Part shown: positions 27,701 through 37,214 of the stretch, piece after piece | Layout of the letters: each line of letters begins with the position of its first letter | Numbering within the stretch: the first letter of the stretch is position 1 | The notes under the pieces: generated by a model | Database searches by the model: none | Told to the model about the DNA's origin: nothing | The model's input: only the letters and a program-made list of their open reading frames with translations | From: an uncultured Bacteroidales bacterium | Lineage (GTDB): Bacteria > Bacteroidota > Bacteroidia > Bacteroidales > VadinHA17 | Reading direction: 5' to 3' | NCBI GenBank assembly: GCA_963698535.1 | Contig: CAVORD010000002.1 | Span: forward strand, 10,900-74,899 | DNA length: 64,000 nt | Made by a program: the position numbers and the translations under genes

Positions 27701-29083
27701 TTAAACTTTTTTAACTTTCTTAATGACCTCCTCCGCCAGGCTGTTGGCCAGCTCGTCGTTGCCGGCTTCAGCATAGATCCGTATGATCGGTTCAGTATTT
27801 GACCTGCGTATGTGAACCCAGCTTTTTTCAAAATCGATCCGAAGACCATCGGTCATATTCTTTTCAGCCCCCGGGTACTCACCGGATATCCTTTTCAGAA
27901 TGGCATCAATGTCAGCCTTGCTGTCGAGTACGACCTTTTTCTTAGCAATGTGATAGTAAGGAAGGGAGTCACGAAGTTTTGTCGCCGTCATTCTCTTTTC
28001 GGCAAAATATGATAGGAATAGGGCTATGCCCATCAGGGCATCGCGTCCGTAATGAAGGGGTGGGTAAATCACTCCTCCATTGCCTTCTCCGCCGATCACG
28101 GCTTTCTCTCTCTTCATCGTCTCAACAACATTCACCTCACCCACTGCAGAAGCAAAATATCTCTGGTCATACTTGCCGGCAATATCTCTGAGTGCCCTTG
28201 TTGAAGACAAGTTGGAAACGGCAGGCCCGGGATTCTTTCCCATCACATAGTCGGCAACAGCTACAAGAGTATACTCCTCCCCGAACATTGTACCATCCTC
28301 ACAAACTATTGCAAGTCGGTCTGAGTCGGGGTCAACTGCAAATCCAAGGTCGGCACCCCTTTTAATTACTTCCTGAGACAGATCCTTCAGGTTTTCAGGC
28401 AGAGGTTCAGGATTATGCCGGAATAGTCCGTCCGGTTCACAATTGACACATCCGGACAGGGTAACACCCAACTTTTCAAGAAGAGAAGGTATTAAAAGCG
28501 ATCCCGAAGAGTTAACAGTATCCAGCACGACTTTAATGTTTCGACCGGCTATCGCCGCTTTGTTCACAAGTGGCTGGTCGCACACCATTTCCACATGAAT
28601 GTCGTTCCATTCAGTATTTAGCCGGTACCAGCCTAAAGATCTGGCGTTCACATATTCATGCGACCCTGAATCGGCTATAGTTATTATTTCATTTCCGTCC
28701 CTGGCATCGAGAAATTCGCCTTTGCTGTTAAGCAGTTTAAGAGCGTTCCACTCAACCGGATTATGACTTGCTGTGATTATTATACCACCATCGGCATTTT
28801 CACCAACGACAGCCACCTCCACCGTAGGCGTTGTTGACAGTCCAAGATCGAGGACATCCACACCCATGCTACTGAGGGTAGCAGTAACAATATTACTAAC
28901 CATCTCTCCCGATATTCTGGCGTCGCGGCCAACTACAACGAGAAGATCCTCCTTTTTGCGGTCCTTCCTGAGCCACGAAGCATATGCGGTAGTGAATTTG
29001 ACTATGTCCTGGGGTGTAAGAGAATCGCCCGGACTGCCGCCAATTGTTCCCCTGATTCCTGAAATAGATTTTATTAATGTCAT
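27701..29083 (-). CDS. glmM: Phosphoglucosamine mutase / alpha-D-phosphohexomutase
   Basis: MTLIKSISGIRGTIGG. Active-site GIIITASHNP. DPDSDR metal loop. GGEGNGG sugar loop. The ORF-track extension to 29269 is upstream read-through, so I used the ATG at 29083. Confidence 0.8.
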   Translation of the reverse strand: MTLIKSISGIRGTIGGSPGDSLTPQDIVKFTTAYASWLRKDRKKEDLLVVVGRDARISGEMVSNIVTATLSSMGVDVLDLGLSTTPTVEVAVVGENADGGIIITASHNPVEWNALKLLNSKGEFLDARDGNEIITIADSGSHEYVNARSLGWYRLNTEWNDIHVEMVCDQPLVNKAAIAGRNIKVVLDTVNSSGSLLIPSLLEKLGVTLSGCVNCEPDGLFRHNPEPLPENLKDLSQEVIKRGADLGFAVDPDSDRLAIVCEDGTMFGEEYTLVAVADYVMGKNPGPAVSNLSSTRALRDIAGKYDQRYFASAVGEVNVVETMKREKAVIGGEGNGGVIYPPLHYGRDALMGIALFLSYFAEKRMTATKLRDSLPYYHIAKKKVVLDSKADIDAILKRISGEYPGAEKNMTDGLRIDFEKSWVHIRRSNTEPIIRIYAEAGNDELANSLAEEVIKKVKKV

Positions 29084-29149
29084 TTGGATTGTATTGAATA
29101 ATGCAAAGTTGCGAAAAAAGCACGAATTCGCTAAATCCTTAAATAATTG

Positions 29150-29157
29150 TACCTTTG
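29150..29157 (+). promoter_or_regulatory. Bacteroidota-type -7 promoter box (TAnnTTTG) upstream of the rluB-like gene
   Basis: TACCTTTG, 19 nt upstream of the ATG at 29176. Confidence 0.45.
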
Positions 29158-29175
29158 CAGCCGAATTTGCTGAAT

Positions 29176-30270
29176 ATGAAAGAGAACAGATCTGGCGGAA
29201 GCCGCAACAAGAAGAATTCTTCCACGCGGGTAACCAAAGGAAGCAGGAATGAAAGGCCTGCAAGACCATTTAAGAAAGATAATAGTGAACAGGGCGGACA
29301 ACGGTCAAGGATAAGCCGGGGTGCTGACAGTGATAAAGGATCGGCACCGAGAGAAAGAGGTGCAGCAGGAAGCAGAAGCAGGGATGATAAACCGGAAAGA
29401 AAGAAGCCTTTCCCCAGGGAGCAATCGACAGGTGGCAGGACTGCCCGGCCGCGCAAGCTTGATGAGCATCCCTCACCGCGTCCACCACGAAAAAGTGTTT
29501 ATTCAAAAAAGAAGGAGCTCGAGGAGACCGCCAAGAGAGGCCTTCGAAAGGGCGACAACATAAGACTAAACCGATTTATCTCCAATTCCGGTATCTGTTC
29601 GCGCCGCGAGGCAGATCAGCTTATTGTTAACGGTGACATAACTGTTAACGAGAAGGTGGTCACCGACCTTGGAGTGAAGATCACTGTTGGTGATGTAATA
29701 AAATATAAAGGAAAGAGAATAACTCCTGAGAAACCGATTTATATTCTTTTAAACAAGCCTCGTGGCTATGTAACGACGGTTGAGGATCCTCATGCCGACA
29801 GGACGGTAATGGAGCTCATTGAAGGAGCATGTAAGGAACGTGTTTATCCTGTTGGAAGGCTTGACAAGATGACCACAGGAATACTTCTCTTTACAAATGA
29901 CGGTGAGCTGGCAGGAAGGTTGACACACCCCCGGTATAACAAGAAGAAGATCTACCATGTCTTCCTTGATTCACCACTGATAAAGAATGATTTCACTAAG
30001 CTGGTTGAAGGGATAGACCTTGGCGACGAGGTAGTTTCAGTTGACGCCGTAAGCTATGTTGACACTGAAGATAAGTCACAGGTGGGTGTTGAGTTACACA
30101 CCGGACAAAACAGGATCGTCCGTAACCTTTTCGAGGCTCTTGGTTATAAGGTGCTAAAGCTCGACCGTGTATATTTTGCAGGGCTCACAAAAAAGAATCT
30201 GCCCAGAGGGAAATACAGGATTCTTACCCCTATTGAGATAAATATGCTAAGAAGAGGATTATATAAATAG
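29176..30270 (+). CDS. Pseudouridine synthase, RsuA/RluB family, with a ~130-aa basic low-complexity N-terminal extension
   Basis: S4 domain IRLNRFISNSGICSRREADQLI. Catalytic GRLDKMTTGILLFTNDG. The ORF-track start at 29155 is TTG, so I used the ATG at 29176. Confidence 0.8.
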   Translation: MKENRSGGSRNKKNSSTRVTKGSRNERPARPFKKDNSEQGGQRSRISRGADSDKGSAPRERGAAGSRSRDDKPERKKPFPREQSTGGRTARPRKLDEHPSPRPPRKSVYSKKKELEETAKRGLRKGDNIRLNRFISNSGICSRREADQLIVNGDITVNEKVVTDLGVKITVGDVIKYKGKRITPEKPIYILLNKPRGYVTTVEDPHADRTVMELIEGACKERVYPVGRLDKMTTGILLFTNDGELAGRLTHPRYNKKKIYHVFLDSPLIKNDFTKLVEGIDLGDEVVSVDAVSYVDTEDKSQVGVELHTGQNRIVRNLFEALGYKVLKLDRVYFAGLTKKNLPRGKYRILTPIEINMLRRGLYK

Positions 30271-30272
30271 TG

Positions 30273-31148
30273 ATGGCACACAAAGCAGGCTACGTAAATA
30301 TTATAGGTAACCCCAATGTCGGGAAATCAACACTAATGAACGCCCTGGTAGGCGCGAAACTATCTATCATTACCAGTAAGGCACAGACCACCAGGCACAG
30401 GATACTTGGAATTGTTAATGGTGAGGATTTCCAGATAGTCTACTCCGACACGCCAGGGATACTGTCGCCCAAATATAAACTGCAGGAATCCATGATGAGC
30501 TATGTTAATATGGCTTTCAGCGATGCCGATGTTATCCTTTATGTAGCCGATATCAAAGAACCGTTTGAGAACAACGAGCATAATATAGAGAAGCTATTGG
30601 GACTGGAAGTGCCTGTTATTCTTGCCCTTAACAAAATAGACTTAAGTAATCAGGTGGAGTTGGAAGAACTGGTTGAAAAATGGGGCAAAGCACTGCCGGG
30701 AGCCATGATCGTGCCGGTGGCTGCCAGGAACAGCTTCAACATACAAAACATACTGAACCTTATACTCGAGAAGTTACCGGAATCGCCGGCTTACTTCCCT
30801 AAGGATCAGCTTACGGACCGTTTTGAAAGATTTTTTGTTTCAGAGATAATACGTGAAAAGATCCTTCTTCATTATAAGAAGGAGATCCCATACTCTGTTG
30901 AGGTGGAAGTAGAAAGTTACAAGGAAGAGACACATATAAACCGGATCGCAGTAAATATCCACGTCACCCGCGAGAGTCAGAAGGGTATCCTGATCGGTCA
31001 TAACGGGAATATGCTTAAGAGAGTAGGCACGGAAGCACGAAAGGATATTGAAGATTTTCTCGACAAGAAGGTATTTCTCGAGATGAGGGTTAAAGTGAGC
31101 AAAGAGTGGCGCGACAAGCCGGGAATGCTGAAACAGTTCGGGTATTAA
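30273..31148 (+). CDS. era: GTPase Era
   Basis: G1 GNPNVGKST, G3 DTPG, G4 NKID, and a C-terminal KH domain (...RESQKGILIGHNGNMLK). There is also an in-frame GTG at 30270. Confidence 0.95.
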   Translation: MAHKAGYVNIIGNPNVGKSTLMNALVGAKLSIITSKAQTTRHRILGIVNGEDFQIVYSDTPGILSPKYKLQESMMSYVNMAFSDADVILYVADIKEPFENNEHNIEKLLGLEVPVILALNKIDLSNQVELEELVEKWGKALPGAMIVPVAARNSFNIQNILNLILEKLPESPAYFPKDQLTDRFERFFVSEIIREKILLHYKKEIPYSVEVEVESYKEETHINRIAVNIHVTRESQKGILIGHNGNMLKRVGTEARKDIEDFLDKKVFLEMRVKVSKEWRDKPGMLKQFGY

Positions 31149-31162
31149 TAGTCAAAACAGAG

Positions 31163-32467
31163 ATGAGCAGAATAGTTGCAATTGTAGGCAGACCAAATGT
31201 GGGGAAATCAACCCTTTTTAACCGCCTTATAGAGTCGAAGGAGGCCATAGTTGATGAACTAAGCGGTGTAACACGCGACCGGCACTATGGGAAATCCGTA
31301 TGGAACGGAGTTGCTTTCTCGGTTATCGATACCGGAGGTTATGCTGAAACTGAGGATGACCCATTTTCGTTCGAAATAAACAAGCAGGTCAGACTCGCTG
31401 TTGAAGAGGCCGATGTTATCTTATTACTTACCGATGTAACCGTTGGCATACATGAGTTCGATCAAACCATGGCCGGACTGCTTCGCAAGAGTCCCAAGAA
31501 AGTGATTCTTGTGGTTAATAAGGTCGACAACTCACAGAGGCTTAATGACGCCACTGAGTTCTATTCCCTGGGAATAGGAGACTACTTTGCCATTAGTTCA
31601 ATTAACGGCAGCGGAACGGGTGAACTACTGGATGAGGTTGTCAAGCATCTTGACGGCTCGGCTGAGGAAGAGTATGATGAGATCCCAAGAGTTGCGATCG
31701 TGGGACGACCGAATGTTGGCAAATCGTCACTGGTAAATGCCTTATTGGGAGAAGAGAGGTTCATTGTTACTCCTGTGGCTGGAACAACAAGGGATTCAAT
31801 ATTCACCCGGTACAATAAGTTCAATTACGAGTTTTATCTTATCGACACTGCCGGGCTAAGGAAAAGAGGCAAGGTTAAGGAGGACCTTGAATTCTACACT
31901 GTACTCCGATCGGTAAGAGCTATTGAGAGTGCCGATGTCTGTGTACTCCTAATTGACGGTACACGCGGTCTTGAATCACAGGATCTCTCAATACTGAGTG
32001 TTATCCTACGCAATAGTAAAGGGGTGGTTATTGCAGTCAATAAATGGGATCTACTTGAAAAAGAATCGAATACCGCCCTTCAGTTTGAAAAATTACTCAA
32101 AGAGAGAACGGCTCCCTTTGTTGACTATCCTGTATTGTTCATCTCTGCTCTTCACAAGCAGAGAGTTCATAAATTACTCGAGACAATTCAGGAGGTGTAC
32201 AATAACAGGACCACCAAGATATCCACATCGGAGCTTAACACTGTAATGCTTGAAGCAATAAAGGTAAGCCCGCCCCCTGCACTAAAGGGGAAACTTATAA
32301 AGATCAAGTACGTCACTCAGCTGCCAACGCGGATACCTTCGTTTGCATTTTTCTGTAACCATCCGCAATACATTAAAGATCCCTATAAGAGGTATCTCGA
32401 GAACAGGCTGAGAGAGAAATTCAAATTTACAGGGGTGCCAATCAATATCTTTATGCGCAAAAAGTAG
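31163..32467 (+). CDS. der: Ribosome-associated GTPase Der/EngA (two tandem G domains)
   Basis: GRPNVGKSTLFN and a second GRPNVGKSSLVN. DTGG/DTAG, NKVD/NKWD, and a KH-like C-terminus. The ATG at 31163 was chosen over the ORF-track start at 31106. Confidence 0.95.
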   Translation: MSRIVAIVGRPNVGKSTLFNRLIESKEAIVDELSGVTRDRHYGKSVWNGVAFSVIDTGGYAETEDDPFSFEINKQVRLAVEEADVILLLTDVTVGIHEFDQTMAGLLRKSPKKVILVVNKVDNSQRLNDATEFYSLGIGDYFAISSINGSGTGELLDEVVKHLDGSAEEEYDEIPRVAIVGRPNVGKSSLVNALLGEERFIVTPVAGTTRDSIFTRYNKFNYEFYLIDTAGLRKRGKVKEDLEFYTVLRSVRAIESADVCVLLIDGTRGLESQDLSILSVILRNSKGVVIAVNKWDLLEKESNTALQFEKLLKERTAPFVDYPVLFISALHKQRVHKLLETIQEVYNNRTTKISTSELNTVMLEAIKVSPPPALKGKLIKIKYVTQLPTRIPSFAFFCNHPQYIKDPYKRYLENRLREKFKFTGVPINIFMRKK

Positions 32468-32504
32468 TATTTTGGTTTGGTTTTTGTGCGTTATCTGAAA
32501 CTGA

Positions 32505-33035
32505 ATGGATATTATGAAACTAAGATTTTCGGGACTGGCACTAATAATAATTGCATTAGGGATTGGATCATGCCGACCTATCGAAAAGCTTCCGGCCGAA
32601 CCCACTATAGAATATCGCAGTTTCAAATTGTTTGACACAGTGGATCTTCTTGGCAATCCTGGCAAAGGAGGCCGTCTGAATTTCTACTTTGAAGATGGAG
32701 ATGGCGACCTTGGTCTCAGCCAGCCGCAGCCGGGTGATACCGACACAGTAAATCTCTTCTTTCAGCTTTTCCGCAAGGTGAACGGAACAATAGAGCCAGC
32801 CGGTCCAACCGACTTGCTGAGGCCATCAAATTACAGGATCCCATTTATGGACAGGCAGGGACAGAATAAGATACTTAGGGGTACGATCGATGTCACCTTC
32901 GTTTATCTGTTCTATTCCAGCAGTGACACCTTACTGTACGAGTTTTACATAAAAGACCGTGCCGGTAATGAAAGCAATCATGAGATGACCTTAGAAATAC
33001 CACTTGGTTACACGGGGATCATAGAAAAGAAGTGA
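32505..33035 (+). CDS. Hypothetical lipoprotein
   Basis: Lipobox LGIGSC and an FEDGDGDLG motif. I recognise no family. Confidence 0.55.
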   Translation: MDIMKLRFSGLALIIIALGIGSCRPIEKLPAEPTIEYRSFKLFDTVDLLGNPGKGGRLNFYFEDGDGDLGLSQPQPGDTDTVNLFFQLFRKVNGTIEPAGPTDLLRPSNYRIPFMDRQGQNKILRGTIDVTFVYLFYSSSDTLLYEFYIKDRAGNESNHEMTLEIPLGYTGIIEKK

Positions 33036-36000
33036 TCAGAAACGGATGCCCATAATAAGGACATCATCCACCTGTTCAAGCTTCCCTTTCCACTCAAGAA
33101 ATGCTCTTTCCACCTTTTCGCTCTGAACATCCATTGTTTCCGATGAAATTTTTTCGAGCAACGCCTTAACGCGTATTATTTTCATCTTCTTACCCTCGGG
33201 TCCGCCAAACTGGTCGGGATAGCCGTCGGAGAAAAGATAAATTGAATCGCCTTCAGAGAGGTAATACTCCTGATCATCGAATAGTTTCTCTCCCACAAAA
33301 TCTCCGCCTACCGACGACCGGTTGCCTTTGATATAATAAGAATCACCACCCATTACTAGGATTACCGGGCGCATAGCTGAGGAGAAGAGCAGGTGCCTGG
33401 TTTTGGTGTTAAAGTTGCATACAACAATATCCATACCGTCACTTGCGCCTCCATCTGCCGAACTGTTTTGATTAAGGGTGGATGTAACCTCGTTATCAAG
33501 CAAAGTAAGTATCTCCGATGGTCTTCGTACTCCTCTCCTTCTGACAATATCCTGAATAAGAGCCGAACCTATCATCGACATAAATGCTCCCGGCACCCCA
33601 TGTCCTGTTGAGTCTGCACAAATAAGTATAAAATTATCTTCATCAACCTTCTCAAACCAGTAGAAGTCACCGCTCACTATCTGCTTGGGCATATATATCA
33701 TAAAGGCCTCAGGGAAAGCTGTTTTCACTCTTTCAAAATCGGGTAAGATACTCGATTGTATCCTTCGTGCATAATTGATACTATCGGTAATTTCGCGGTT
33801 TTTCTGTTCGATCTCCTCATTCTGACGCATCACTTCCTGTGTCCGCCTGGAGAGTTCCTCTTCGAGCTCAACTCTTCTTTTTCTGGCAGCATCTTCTCTT
33901 ATTCTGAAGATTATAATGATGGCCGAACCGATGATGGCCAATACCAGAAGTATGAACCACCACATGCGCCATACAGGTTTCCGGATAACGAAGGAGTATA
34001 ATCCTTCCCCGCTTAGTTCATGCCCATTCTCATCAACGGCCTTTACCCTGAACGTGTAGTTGCCACTTGTCAGCCTGTAAACAATGGAACGAGAACTCCC
34101 CGGAACTGTCCATTCTCTGTCAAAATCATCGAGAAAGGATATATATCGGATTCTGCTATTATAAGAAAAATTTATGCCTGAATATGTTATCTTAACAATA
34201 TAGCGCGACCTGTAAGGAAGAACAAGCTTTTTCTCCGGATCGATCTTACGGTCATCGATCTCAACAGATGTTATATTCATTAAGGTGGCAGGTGGTTCCT
34301 TGTTCTCCTTTGTACCGTTATATACGATAAGTCCGGCTGAAGTACCAATGTAAACTCTCCCATCAACATCCTCAAAGAGAGAATTATGGTTACAGTCACC
34401 ATTACCGGCAAATTCGGTGCCTATGGTTCTTATTGAACCGCCGTCTGCCCTTAAGATTGAAAATCCACGCTGATGACCTATCCAAATATTTCCTCCCTTA
34501 TCAGCCAGTACACTGTAGATATAATCGTTAAGCAGGCCATCATTCGAAGTGAAATTGACCGTTTTGGCTCCCTCAACCTGAAATAGCCCATTACCCTTTG
34601 TTCCCACCCATATTTTTCCGTCTCCGCTCATACCGAGTGATTCCATCTTGTTCTGCATAGGACCGGCAATTGTTGCTGCCAGGGTTGTTACAGGCTCACC
34701 GGGATTACAGATATAAACCTTGTCGGATTCTGTAATAATGAATGCCCGTCCGTCGGGCCGGACTCTGACCTGACGAATGCTGTTATGAGACAAACCCTTC
34801 CTGGTGGTAAAAATGTCTTTTACCCGCAAAGTCTCCTTACTCAGCACTATGGCCCCATCGTTGGTGGCAAGCCAGATATTGTTCCCGTCAGAATCTATAG
34901 ATGCAATAATATTCTCACCGCTGTTCGATCCGGAATAGGCCTTGTTGAAATTTTGCCAGTCGGACGATCTCCAAAGACCGTCACCGTCGGTTCCCAGCCA
35001 CAGGATACCTTTGGCATCAATATGGTATGCAGAGATAAGGGCCACAGAACTAACTCTCTTCAGGTCAACCCATCGTTCCGACATTCCGCTTTCCGGATTA
35101 AAAAGATGATACCCCATCCTGGTTCCCAGGATAAGTTTATTGTTTTTCCTGCCTATAAAAATAATATCATTCTCTATCGGTCTTTTTCCCGGTGCAATAA
35201 AAGTGAATGCTTCACTTGAAAGCATGCTGAGACCGTCTCCATAGAGACCGACCCACATGTTTCCTTCCCTGTCGGAGAAAATAGTCTTAACATTATCTCC
35301 GGGCAGACCTGCACTCTTGTTAAAAACCTGTAATCCTGCGGAATCCGGATTCTCAATATCTGCAACATGAATAAGGCCCAACCCGAATGTAGAGATCCAT
35401 AATCCCTTATTTCCGTCGCCTTTAATTTCCTGTATCTTGGTATATCCGAACCACTCCGGTCCGCCGGCCTTCACCATTGAACTACCCCCCTTTTTTAAAA
35501 GGAACAAGCCATTATCGTCGGTACCTGCTATGATAAGTCCCTCCGGAGAAAGATATAAGGCTTCAACTTTCTGGTATTCAATACCTGGTATTTCCCTTTC
35601 AATTACAGCCACTTCCCCTTCTATCCTGCACTCTATCACACCTTCATGTGTCCCGGCAAAAAACCTGTCATTCTCTGTGAATCTGACTACGTTCAGGAAT
35701 TTATTACCCTGGACAACAATATTCCCGGTAACCTTATGACTTGCAGGATCTATTATGTAAAGCCCTTTTGTTTGGGTCACTGCTACAATAGCACCATCAG
35801 GCATCTCAGTCAGGTTATTTATTCTGAATGCTTTTATGCCTGATATCCTTTTTAACTCCTTACCGCTGTTGTATAGCACTGTCCCGTCGCTATATCCAAA
35901 CCACAGAAGGCCTTTGGAATCCTTATAGCTGCAAACCGGATAACCGCTGATCGTTGAGTCGGGCAATATTACAGGGTAGAACTCATATCCGTCGAATCGA

Positions 36001-36179
36001 GCCATTCCGCTTCCTGTCCCTACCCAGATAAAACCATCATTGTCCTGAATAATGTTATAGACGAACTTCCCGGGCAATCCCATTTCAGGGGTATAGCTGG
36101 CAAACCGGTATGACTGGGCCTGGAGTGTTCCTGAAAGGAGCATTCCAACAAGACAAAGTAGTAGAATTCTGGATCTCAA
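33036..36179 (-). CDS. Periplasmic beta-propeller + Y_Y_Y sensor fused to a cytoplasmic SpoIIE/PP2C-type phosphatase
   Basis: Signal peptide. Repeated ...G.LW.GT..GL... two-component-regulator propeller motifs. A Y_Y_Y-like region (YRLTSGNYTFRVKAVDENG). A TM helix (WWFILLVLAIIGSAIIIIF), a coiled coil, then PP2C motifs (SGDFYWF...ADSTGHGVPGA...SDGYPDQFGG). TTG start at 36179. Confidence 0.8.
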   Translation of the reverse strand: MRSRILLLCLVGMLLSGTLQAQSYRFASYTPEMGLPGKFVYNIIQDNDGFIWVGTGSGMARFDGYEFYPVILPDSTISGYPVCSYKDSKGLLWFGYSDGTVLYNSGKELKRISGIKAFRINNLTEMPDGAIVAVTQTKGLYIIDPASHKVTGNIVVQGNKFLNVVRFTENDRFFAGTHEGVIECRIEGEVAVIEREIPGIEYQKVEALYLSPEGLIIAGTDDNGLFLLKKGGSSMVKAGGPEWFGYTKIQEIKGDGNKGLWISTFGLGLIHVADIENPDSAGLQVFNKSAGLPGDNVKTIFSDREGNMWVGLYGDGLSMLSSEAFTFIAPGKRPIENDIIFIGRKNNKLILGTRMGYHLFNPESGMSERWVDLKRVSSVALISAYHIDAKGILWLGTDGDGLWRSSDWQNFNKAYSGSNSGENIIASIDSDGNNIWLATNDGAIVLSKETLRVKDIFTTRKGLSHNSIRQVRVRPDGRAFIITESDKVYICNPGEPVTTLAATIAGPMQNKMESLGMSGDGKIWVGTKGNGLFQVEGAKTVNFTSNDGLLNDYIYSVLADKGGNIWIGHQRGFSILRADGGSIRTIGTEFAGNGDCNHNSLFEDVDGRVYIGTSAGLIVYNGTKENKEPPATLMNITSVEIDDRKIDPEKKLVLPYRSRYIVKITYSGINFSYNSRIRYISFLDDFDREWTVPGSSRSIVYRLTSGNYTFRVKAVDENGHELSGEGLYSFVIRKPVWRMWWFILLVLAIIGSAIIIIFRIREDAARKRRVELEEELSRRTQEVMRQNEEIEQKNREITDSINYARRIQSSILPDFERVKTAFPEAFMIYMPKQIVSGDFYWFEKVDEDNFILICADSTGHGVPGAFMSMIGSALIQDIVRRRGVRRPSEILTLLDNEVTSTLNQNSSADGGASDGMDIVVCNFNTKTRHLLFSSAMRPVILVMGGDSYYIKGNRSSVGGDFVGEKLFDDQEYYLSEGDSIYLFSDGYPDQFGGPEGKKMKIIRVKALLEKISSETMDVQSEKVERAFLEWKGKLEQVDDVLIMGIRF

Positions 36180-36202
36180 AATACCTGGTATTTACTGTAA
36201 AG

Positions 36203-37198
36203 CTATTTCTTATCTATCTTTTTTACGCCGATCTTTCCCTGATAAACAGGGACCCCGCCAATAGGTATGGTAAAGAAAGGCAGATTTTCGCCGTACTGAT
36301 TTTCAACACTTATCACAACATTATTATTTCTTACAAGTCCCGGTTTATATTTATGGAACTGAATATCCAGGGAGTGGTTAATCTCGCCATCCAGAATTGG
36401 AAGGCTACTATCTGTCCATACATCCTCACCCGATATTTTAGCTTCAGACCCTTTTCTTACGGAGGATACGACAAGTATTGTCCCATCATTATCCCAGTCG
36501 AAATTTCTTTGTTTTACAGATATTGTACCCGTATCGATAAATGGATATATATGAGCCACTGAAGCTGTATTGTTCCACATTCTGAATGAATATTCATATG
36601 TAAAAGCGTTGCCTCCCTCTATTTCCTTGTTGCTATCGGGGTCTCTGCTAAGGAAATAGCGGTAGAGGTTACCATCATCTCCACTGATACCGTCGCAAAT
36701 GATCTTAAAAATATAACCGTCGAATTTCTGTATAAACTCTCCCTCTATAGGGTTGAATGGTCCAAAAGTGTACCAGGCGCCATCATATCTGGATTCATTG
36801 CCAAAAACCCTTGAGGCCATTAAAGTCCCGCTTTTATAGTTTCCTCGGGGGTCCATGCCTTTAGCATCGGGATCTGAGAAAGACCCTTTGCCTCCATAAA
36901 TGGAATATGACATTCTGGTATTCCATACACCATTGATCTCATCCTCTTTACCTCCCACATCAGGGTCATAAACCCTTATATAAAAAGGCTCCTTATAGGT
37001 GGATGGTATCTTGAAGAAGAATGTTTGTGAGAAGTCGTCATCACCCCATGAAGTTACACCCTCCTTCCCGAAAGTCATCAGGAATTCAATGTTTTCATCC
37101 TTAGCCGGAACAGCCTGCCCATAAAGGGAAGGTGCGATCAGGCTCATCATGATCACAATGACTATAAAGAGTTTATATTGAGTTTTCTTGATTCTCAT
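36203..37198 (-). CDS. Secreted hypothetical protein (operon member, no recognised family)
   Basis: The ATG at 37198 gives the signal peptide MRIKKTQYKLFIVIVIMMSLIAPSLYGQ. The composition is beta-rich. It sits 16 nt after the upstream stop and 23 nt before the phosphatase gene. Confidence 0.6.
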   Translation of the reverse strand: MRIKKTQYKLFIVIVIMMSLIAPSLYGQAVPAKDENIEFLMTFGKEGVTSWGDDDFSQTFFFKIPSTYKEPFYIRVYDPDVGGKEDEINGVWNTRMSYSIYGGKGSFSDPDAKGMDPRGNYKSGTLMASRVFGNESRYDGAWYTFGPFNPIEGEFIQKFDGYIFKIICDGISGDDGNLYRYFLSRDPDSNKEIEGGNAFTYEYSFRMWNNTASVAHIYPFIDTGTISVKQRNFDWDNDGTILVVSSVRKGSEAKISGEDVWTDSSLPILDGEINHSLDIQFHKYKPGLVRNNNVVISVENQYGENLPFFTIPIGGVPVYQGKIGVKKIDKK

Positions 37199-37214
37199 CT
37201 TATTATAAAAATAG

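Noticed and set aside
27701-29269. The 522-aa version of the phosphohexomutase ORF, and the long versions of der (31106), TolC (24668), the lipoprotein (51888), gatE (60539) and others.
   Set aside because: The extensions are TTG/GTG-initiated read-through of upstream spacers or neighbouring gene ends, with non-protein-like sequence. Conserved N-termini begin at the internal ATGs used in the feature list.
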